From: Candidatus Omnitrophota bacterium
Lineage (GTDB): Bacteria; Omnitrophota; Gorgyraeia; Duberdicusellales; 4484-171
NCBI GenBank assembly: GCA_021735045.1
Contig: JAIPHU010000008.1
Span: 1 to 32,000 of the forward strand
Reading direction: 5' to 3'
DNA length: 32,000 nt
Under the pieces are notes generated by a model. The model saw only the letters and a list, made by a program, of their open reading frames with translations. It had not been told where the DNA came from and did no database searches. Numbering within the stretch: position 1 is the stretch's first letter; the number at the start of each line of letters is the position of its first letter. This document shows, piece after piece, positions 26,044-32,000 of this stretch. The translations under genes and the position numbers were made by a program.

Positions 26044-27438
26044 TTAACTCTCTTGTTCTTTTGTTTTTATATTTAGTTCATCAAGCTGGTCTCTTGATAC
26101 AACCGCAGGCGCTCCAGTTAAAGGAGAAATACCTCTTTGCGTTTTGGGAAAAGCAATTATATCTCTTATACTATCAGATTTGGTTATTATAGCATATAAT
26201 CTATCTAAGCCAAAGGCAATACCAGCATGAGGCGGAACCCCAAATTTAAAAGATCTTAATAAAAATCCAAACTTTTCTTTGGCTTCTTCTCCAGATATTC
26301 CTAAAATTTCAAAAACTTTTTCTTGGATATCTGTCGAATGTATTCTCACTGACCCACTTCCAATCTCTTGCCCATTTAAAACAAGATCATAAGAACGCGA
26401 TCTTACTCTGGATAAATCCTTATTTTTTAATTTATCAATATCTTCCTTGTTTGGAGCCGTAAAAGGATGATGCAAGGATTGCCAACGCTTATCTTCTTGA
26501 TTATATTCAAAAAGAGGGAAATCAGTTACCCATAAAAATCGATATTCAGAAGATGTAGCTCCTTCTTTTATATCTGGCTTATCAGAGTTATATTTTTCCA
26601 TTGATTCCTGATAAGAAATTTTGGGGAAAGGCACCTTAAGCTTTATACCTAAAACATCTAAAAATATATCTGCCAACATTTTTTCGGTTAATTCTAAAAT
26701 ATCGTCCTCTTCTAAAAAAGATGCTTCTATATCAAGCTGGGTAAACTCAGGCTGCCGATCTTTGCGTAAATCTTCATCACGAAAACAACGTACTATCTGA
26801 TAGTATTTATCTAGGCCTGAAACCATAAGAATTTGTTTAAAAAGCTGAGGCGACTGAGGAAGGGCATAAAACTTTGCCGGTTGAAGGCGAGACGGTACCA
26901 AAAAATCCCGAGCCCCTTCTGGGGTAGATTTAGTTAATATCGGCGTCTCAACTTCTAAAAAATCTTTTTTATTAAGAAAATCTCTTAATCCTTGATTAAG
27001 TTTATGACGAAGGATAAATTTTTTTGTTATTTCAGGTTTTCTTAAATAAAGATATCTATGCTGTAACTTTAACTCTTCACTCACTTCTTTATCTTGATCT
27101 AACTCAAAAGGTAGCTCGTCAGACTGACTTAAAAAAGTTAATCTCTCTACACAAATTTCAATAAGTCCGGTAGAAATATTGGGATTTTCTGTTTTAGAGG
27201 GCCTTTTGTTGACAACTCCTTCTATCTTTACCACATCTTCTGATCTTATCTTTTTTGCTTTTTTATTAAGTTCTTCTGGTTTAGGTAAAAATATTAGCTG
27301 AGTTATTCCGTATCGGTCTCTTAGGTCAACAAATATAATTTTTCCGTGATCTCGACGCGAAGAAACCCAACCAACCAAGGTTACTTTTTCTTCTAAATTA
27401 TTTTCATTTAACTGGCCACAAGTATGAGTTCTAAGCAT
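26044..27438 (-). CDS. aspS: Aspartyl-tRNA synthetase, bacterial-type core lacking the GAD insertion domain
   Basis: 464 aa. Motifs MLRTHTCGQL, FYALPQSPQLFKQ, DRQPEFTQLDIE, HHPFTAP and GLDRL. SDKPDI is joined to FLWVTDFPLFE by only ~10 residues. The start overlaps the hisS stop by 8 nt. Confidence 0.93.
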   Translation of the reverse strand: MLRTHTCGQLNENNLEEKVTLVGWVSSRRDHGKIIFVDLRDRYGITQLIFLPKPEELNKKAKKIRSEDVVKIEGVVNKRPSKTENPNISTGLIEICVERLTFLSQSDELPFELDQDKEVSEELKLQHRYLYLRKPEITKKFILRHKLNQGLRDFLNKKDFLEVETPILTKSTPEGARDFLVPSRLQPAKFYALPQSPQLFKQILMVSGLDKYYQIVRCFRDEDLRKDRQPEFTQLDIEASFLEEDDILELTEKMLADIFLDVLGIKLKVPFPKISYQESMEKYNSDKPDIKEGATSSEYRFLWVTDFPLFEYNQEDKRWQSLHHPFTAPNKEDIDKLKNKDLSRVRSRSYDLVLNGQEIGSGSVRIHSTDIQEKVFEILGISGEEAKEKFGFLLRSFKFGVPPHAGIAFGLDRLYAIITKSDSIRDIIAFPKTQRGISPLTGAPAVVSRDQLDELNIKTKEQES

Positions 27439-28687
27439 AATTTTTTAGCTTCTCCTTTATTTTAGTTGTTAATTGATTTAATTTTACTTCTTCTTGTTTT
27501 GATTTTTTCATATCTTTTAAGATTACTTTATCCTTCCTTAACTCTTCTTCGCCCAAAATAACCACAAAATCTGCGCCTATTTTTTGTCCATAACGTAGTT
27601 GGGCCTTCAATGATTTCTTTCGGAAATCACAAGTAGAAACTATATTACTATTTCTCAACTTAGTTAACACTGAAAATAGTTCATTTTCCAACTCATTGCC
27701 GGCTCGGGCAATAAAAACTAAAGGAAAAGACTTTACTTTTGTTTGGCCTAAAGCCAGCATAATTCTTTCAACTCCTAAGGCAAAGCCTACAGCTGGCATC
27801 TCTATATTCCCTAACTGATTAAATAAATCATTATAACGGCCTCCTGCACCTAAAGCATCTTGAGAGCCTAACTGGTTTGAGGTAATCTCAAAAACAGTAT
27901 TAGTGTAGTAATCAAGGCCTCTTACCAGGTAAGGATTATACCTATAATCAATTTTTAGATCATCTAATACAGCAAGTAAATTATCAAAATGATTTCGGCA
28001 ATCAGAGCAAAGATGGCCTTTTTCTAGTTCTAAAGAGTTCACGATCTTTCTACAACTATCTCTTTTACAATCAATAACTCTTAAAGGATTCTTCTTAATT
28101 CTTCTTTGGCAATTTGGGCATAGTTGATTTTTTTGTTTTTTAAGTTTTTCTTTTATGTATTTTGAAAGTTTTTCTTTATCTTTTCTGCACCCTAGGCTAT
28201 TTACTTGTAATTTTTTCTCTTTTAAACCTATTTTATCAACTATGGCAAGAGCAAGCATTATAATCTCTGCATCCAGATAAAAACTATTAGAACCTATAAC
28301 TTCTGCACCAACATGATTAAATTGACGCAGGCGCCCTTTTTGAGGCCTTTCTCCTCTAAACATCGGCCCAATATAAAAAAACTTATAAAAACTATTTTTT
28401 TTATCTAATCGATTTTGTAAGTAGTATCTTACTACTTGAGCCGTACCTTCCGGCCGCAAGACTATATCTTTTCCTTCAATTTTCATCATCTGACTCTGGA
28501 CAATATCAGTAGTTTGACCTACACTTTTTATAAATAAACTCTTTTCCTCTAGGAAAGGAAGAATCAACTGTTTATAGCCGTAGAGATTAAAAAGCTTAAT
28601 TGATTCATTGCGCAAAGATTCATAAATGAAGTTTTGTTGAGGAGAAAAATCTATTGTACCTCTTACATTAGAATACTTTTTCTTCAT
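27431..28687 (-). CDS. hisS: Histidyl-tRNA synthetase
   Basis: 418 aa. Class II motifs (FRGERPQKGRLRQFNH, GAGGRYNDL), the NPLRVIDCK insertion and a C-terminal anticodon-binding domain. Confidence 0.95.
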   Translation of the reverse strand: MKKKYSNVRGTIDFSPQQNFIYESLRNESIKLFNLYGYKQLILPFLEEKSLFIKSVGQTTDIVQSQMMKIEGKDIVLRPEGTAQVVRYYLQNRLDKKNSFYKFFYIGPMFRGERPQKGRLRQFNHVGAEVIGSNSFYLDAEIIMLALAIVDKIGLKEKKLQVNSLGCRKDKEKLSKYIKEKLKKQKNQLCPNCQRRIKKNPLRVIDCKRDSCRKIVNSLELEKGHLCSDCRNHFDNLLAVLDDLKIDYRYNPYLVRGLDYYTNTVFEITSNQLGSQDALGAGGRYNDLFNQLGNIEMPAVGFALGVERIMLALGQTKVKSFPLVFIARAGNELENELFSVLTKLRNSNIVSTCDFRKKSLKAQLRYGQKIGADFVVILGEEELRKDKVILKDMKKSKQEEVKLNQLTTKIKEKLKNYA

Positions 28688-28755
28688 CCTTTCTCCGTAT
28701 TTTTTTTAAAATGAAATCTAGTGGCGGGAATTTTCATGGCCTGTATAGATAAAAT

Positions 28756-29028
28756 CTAGTGAATATACTTTTTCATATCTAAGCCAGGCTTAAAGGTAAC
28801 TACTCTCCTTTCCGGTACAGGAACGACTTCACCAGTCTTAGGATTTCTTCCAATTCGGCGTTTTCTTCGTTTAATTTGAAAAACACCAAAATTTCTAAGC
28901 TCAATCCTTTTGCCTTCTTTTAAGGTCTCAAGGATTGTATCGAGGGTACGCTGGACTATTTCTTTGACCACAACTTGTTTTATACCAGTATCTTGGCTTA
29001 TTTTTAAGACAATATCTCTTTTTCTCAT
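28756..29028 (-). CDS. HU/IHF family nucleoid-associated DNA-binding protein (IHF-like arm sequence)
   Basis: 90 aa. ELRNFGVFQIKRRKRRIGRNPKTGEVVPVPERRVVTFKPG is the beta-arm signature. Confidence 0.9.
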   Translation of the reverse strand: MRKRDIVLKISQDTGIKQVVVKEIVQRTLDTILETLKEGKRIELRNFGVFQIKRRKRRIGRNPKTGEVVPVPERRVVTFKPGLDMKKYIH

Positions 29029-29051
29029 GTGTTTAGTTTATCAGTTCAATT

Positions 29052-32000
29052 TTAGAGTGTCAAGGATAAGTTTGCCTCCCCAACCAGAGAACTTATTTTT
29101 CCCAAAGCACTGGGCTCTAAAGAAATACAAAACTTATCTCCTACTTTTACCTTAGTATTTCCCATTCTATCGTCTTGGAATGAAAAGAAAACTGGTTTAT
29201 CTCCCTGATTGTTGACCACGATATTTTTTAGCTTCCCCAAAGGAATATTCTTTCTATCCACCTTTATATTTACCTCTTTAATCTTTTGTTGCAGCTGTTC
29301 TATAGGAAATATATCCGATGCTAAAATTTTTGGAGCCCTATCTTTAATATCTAGTTTCCCTCTTAAAATAATAATCTTTTTCTTAGCAAGAAAAGCCTGA
29401 GTTTGGGCAAAAAGACGAGGAAAAACAAAAGCCTCGACACTAGCGGTTTCATCTTCGACCCTAATTATAGCCATACGTTCATTTCTTCTTCTGGTTGTAA
29501 CAACCTTTACTTTTTCCACAACTCCACATACCATCACTTCTCGGGTACGCAGATTTTCAGTTAATGATTTAATCGTTTCCCTTTTTAAAAACTTTATTGT
29601 CTCAGAATAACAATAAAGAGGATGGCCTGATAAATAAACCCCTAGAAGAGTTTTTTCAAAGCTAAGGATTTGCATCAACGGCCACTCCGATACTTCGGGT
29701 ATTTTTTCTTGTTCCTCCTCTTCTGAAAATAAAGTAAGCTGGGATGCATTTTTCTTTTTTCTAGCTTGTCTAGCTAAAAGTTTATCAAGTAAAAGCATCA
29801 TCTGAGCTCTTTTTAGGCCCAGTGAATCCATAGCCCCTGATTTAATTAAACTTTCTATAACTTTTTTATTTACAGCTCTAGAATCAACGCGATCACAAAA
29901 ATCAAAAATATCTTTAAATTTTCTTTCTTTCCTTTGCAGAATAATACTCTCTAAAGCAGCTCTGCCTACATTTTTTATAGCAATTAACCCAAAACGAATA
30001 TTGTTATCATCGGTTACAGTAAAGTTAGCATAGCTTGTATTAATATCAGGAGGCAAAACCTTTATTTTCATCCTACTTGCCTCATTGATATATTCAACTA
30101 CTTTATCTGTATTATTCCTTTCACTAGTTAAAAGAGCTGCCATAAATTCAACCCCAAAATGAGTTTTTAGGTAAGCGGTTCGATAAGATATTAAAGCATA
30201 AGCGGTGGAATGGCTCTTATTAAAACCATAGCCGGAAAAATAATCGATTAAATCAAATATCTGATTTGCAGCTTTAGGCGAAACATTATTTTTTTTGCAC
30301 CCTTCTAGAAACAGTTGCTTCTGCTGCTGAATTATTTCTGGTATTTTTTTACCGATAGCCTTTCTTAAAGTATCAGCTCGAGCCATATCAAAACCAGCTA
30401 ATTCTGAGACTATTTGCATAATTTGTTCTTGATAGACAATGATCCCATACGTTTTTTTCAAAATTGATTCTAATTTTGGATGGGGGTAATGAACTTTTTT
30501 CTTGCCTTGTTTTCGTTCAATAAAATCATCAACCATCCCACTACCTAAAGGGCCAGGGCGATAAAGAGCTAATACTGCCACAATATCTTCAAAATTTGTG
30601 GGTTTCATCTTCTCTAGAATCTCTCTCATTCCATTTGATTCAAGCTGAAAAACCCCCGCAGTTTCAGCTCTACTAAGGAGTAAAAAAGTTTTTTGATCAG
30701 AAACAGGTATTTTTGTTATATCAATATCTTTTCCTTGAGTACGCTTTATAATCTTGGTAGTTTCATTTATTACAGTTAAAGTCTTTAAGCCTAAGAAATC
30801 CATCTTAAGCATTCCTGTTTTTTCCAAAGAATCCATATCATAACCAGTCACAACTTCGCCTTCAGAACCTCGGCTTAAAGGAATTCTTTCTAAAAGCGGC
30901 TTATCTGAAATTACTACCCCAGCAGCATGGGTAGAAGCATGCCGCGATACACCTTCAAGCTGCATGGCAACATCAATTAATTTTTTTATTCTGTTATCTG
31001 TTTTATAAATTTTTTCAAGATCAGGATTTAAGGAAAGAGCTTCTTTTAAAGTTACCGTATGGCCTACAGCCGCCGGTATCATCTTAGCAATTTTATCAAC
31101 TTCTGAATAAGTAAAATCCATCACTCTGCCTACATCACGAATAACTGCTCTGGCCAGCATAGTCCCAAAAGTAATGATTTGAGCAACATTTTCTTTGCCA
31201 TAGCGCCGGCTAACATAATCTAAAATTTCTGATCTTTTTTCATAACAAAAATCTATATCAATATCAGGCATCGAAATCCTAGCTGGATTAAGAAATCTTT
31301 CAAATAAAAGATCATAAGCTAAGGGGTCTATATCTGTTATATCCAATAGGTAACTAACAATACTTCCAGCCGCACTGCCTCTACCTGGGCCGACCGGAAT
31401 ATCATTTTCTTTGGCAAATTTTATTAGATCCCAGATAATCAAAAAATAACTGGAAAAACCAGTTTGATTGATTATATTTAATTCATGCTCTAATCTTTTT
31501 TTTGCATTTAAATCTTGATTTGAATATTTACTTTCAAAGTTTTGATAACAAAGATCTTTTAGAAAGTCTTTGTCGTTTTGGCCATTCGGTAAAGGAAAGT
31601 GGGGAAGATGAACTTTAGAAAAATCTAAAGTAAGATTACACTTCTGCATAACTTCTACTGTATTTTGAACCGCCTCAGGAGTTTGAGAAAATAGTTCTTT
31701 CATCTCTTCGGGGCTTTTAAAATAAAAATCTTCTGACCCAAAACGAAACCTATTTGGATCCGAAAGAGTAGTTTGAGTTTGAAGAGCCAATAAAGCCTGA
31801 TGGGCAAAGGCTTGATCTTTATCAAGATAATGAATATCATTTGTAGCCAACAAGGGTATCCCCAACTCTTTAGAGATTTTAATTAAATGAGAATTCACTT
31901 GGTCTTGTTCTGCTATCCCATTTTTCATTATCTCTAAGTAGAAGTTACCCTCTTTGAAAATATGCAAATATTCATCTGCTGCTTTGTAGGCCCCTGGGAT
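29052..32000 (-). CDS. dnaE: DNA polymerase III alpha subunit, partial (N-terminal PHP region lies beyond the window)
   Basis: The reading frame is open to base 32000 (...IPGAYKAADEYLHIFKEGNFYLEI). The track's start at 31967 is an internal TTG (Leu). Motifs MLKMDFLGLKTLT and GYGFNKSHS, with a C-terminal OB fold. Confidence 0.95.
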   Translation of the reverse strand: MPGAYKAADEYLHIFKEGNFYLEIMKNGIAEQDQVNSHLIKISKELGIPLLATNDIHYLDKDQAFAHQALLALQTQTTLSDPNRFRFGSEDFYFKSPEEMKELFSQTPEAVQNTVEVMQKCNLTLDFSKVHLPHFPLPNGQNDKDFLKDLCYQNFESKYSNQDLNAKKRLEHELNIINQTGFSSYFLIIWDLIKFAKENDIPVGPGRGSAAGSIVSYLLDITDIDPLAYDLLFERFLNPARISMPDIDIDFCYEKRSEILDYVSRRYGKENVAQIITFGTMLARAVIRDVGRVMDFTYSEVDKIAKMIPAAVGHTVTLKEALSLNPDLEKIYKTDNRIKKLIDVAMQLEGVSRHASTHAAGVVISDKPLLERIPLSRGSEGEVVTGYDMDSLEKTGMLKMDFLGLKTLTVINETTKIIKRTQGKDIDITKIPVSDQKTFLLLSRAETAGVFQLESNGMREILEKMKPTNFEDIVAVLALYRPGPLGSGMVDDFIERKQGKKKVHYPHPKLESILKKTYGIIVYQEQIMQIVSELAGFDMARADTLRKAIGKKIPEIIQQQKQLFLEGCKKNNVSPKAANQIFDLIDYFSGYGFNKSHSTAYALISYRTAYLKTHFGVEFMAALLTSERNNTDKVVEYINEASRMKIKVLPPDINTSYANFTVTDDNNIRFGLIAIKNVGRAALESIILQRKERKFKDIFDFCDRVDSRAVNKKVIESLIKSGAMDSLGLKRAQMMLLLDKLLARQARKKKNASQLTLFSEEEEQEKIPEVSEWPLMQILSFEKTLLGVYLSGHPLYCYSETIKFLKRETIKSLTENLRTREVMVCGVVEKVKVVTTRRRNERMAIIRVEDETASVEAFVFPRLFAQTQAFLAKKKIIILRGKLDIKDRAPKILASDIFPIEQLQQKIKEVNIKVDRKNIPLGKLKNIVVNNQGDKPVFFSFQDDRMGNTKVKVGDKFCISLEPSALGKISSLVGEANLSLTL

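Noticed and set aside
28688-28755. A T-box leader upstream of hisS-aspS, as in Firmicutes
   Set aside because: The gap is only 68 nt, far shorter than a T-box (over 180 nt), and contains no T-box consensus sequence.
7146-29400. Twelve plus-strand ORFs of 61-86 aa in the track: 7146-7406, 9987-10241, 10836-11021, 11439-11648, 12430-12648, 15282-15503, 18805-19011, 19173-19412, 20893-21114, 23506-23760, 28910-29155, 29209-29400
   Set aside because: Each lies wholly or almost wholly antisense to a well-supported minus-strand gene. They have low-complexity hydrophobic composition typical of shadow ORFs in AT-rich DNA, no recognisable motifs and no SD.
31965-31967. Start codon for dnaE at 31967 as given by the ORF track
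   Set aside because: The codon is TTG within a frame that stays open to base 32000. The sequence aligns to roughly residue 180 of DnaE, so the gene is truncated by the window and does not start here.
1-32000. Search for a defence island, mobile element, secretion system or biosynthetic gene cluster
   Set aside because: Every ORF over 90 aa on the coding strand has a confident housekeeping assignment. There are no integrase, transposase, recombinase, RT, nuclease-ATPase pairs, cas genes or toxin-antitoxin-sized gene pairs. The uniform orientation and tight spacing look like core operons.

Overview
AT-rich window (about one-third G+C by eye, not computed). It holds 29 tightly packed protein genes, all on the minus strand. 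I found no rRNA or tRNA genes, CRISPR array, transposase, integrase, phage gene, toxin-antitoxin pair or recognisable defence gene. In transcription order (right to left) the genes are: dnaE (5' end outside the window), an HU/IHF-family gene, hisS-aspS, a LysM lipoprotein, phoH-pgpH-ybeY-recO, queF, apbE, panB, a purine cluster (purB, purS-purS-purL fusion, purQ, purF, purM, purD, purE), a tsaC~LMW-phosphatase fusion, rpiB, glyA, dCMP deaminase, nrdR, cca, a macro-like~Nudix fusion, recG, rsmD, coaD and yceD. The gene string ends in a perfect 75-bp tandem repeat at the left edge. Several local gene orders match Bacillus (ywlC-ywlE-rpiB-glyA, phoH-yqfF-ybeY...recO, hisS-aspS), but I cannot assign a taxon. 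This is a core housekeeping region, and I do not see a convincing novel multi-gene system. Two kinds of observation deserve a second look. (a) Non-coding elements: the 75-bp hairpin-bearing tandem repeat, a 154-bp element with perfect 19-bp terminal inverted repeats directly upstream of panB, a perfect 15-bp palindrome upstream of glyA, and phased inverted CAAAT(A/G)TCAAA motifs between purD and purE. (b) Unusual protein architectures: PurF with Ser in place of the Cys1 nucleophile and a degenerate glutaminase site, a bacterial-type AspRS precisely lacking the GAD insertion domain, the TsaC~arginine/tyrosine-phosphatase fusion, and the macro-like~ADP-ribose-pyrophosphatase fusion. All family assignments come from motif recognition by eye, with no searches run.
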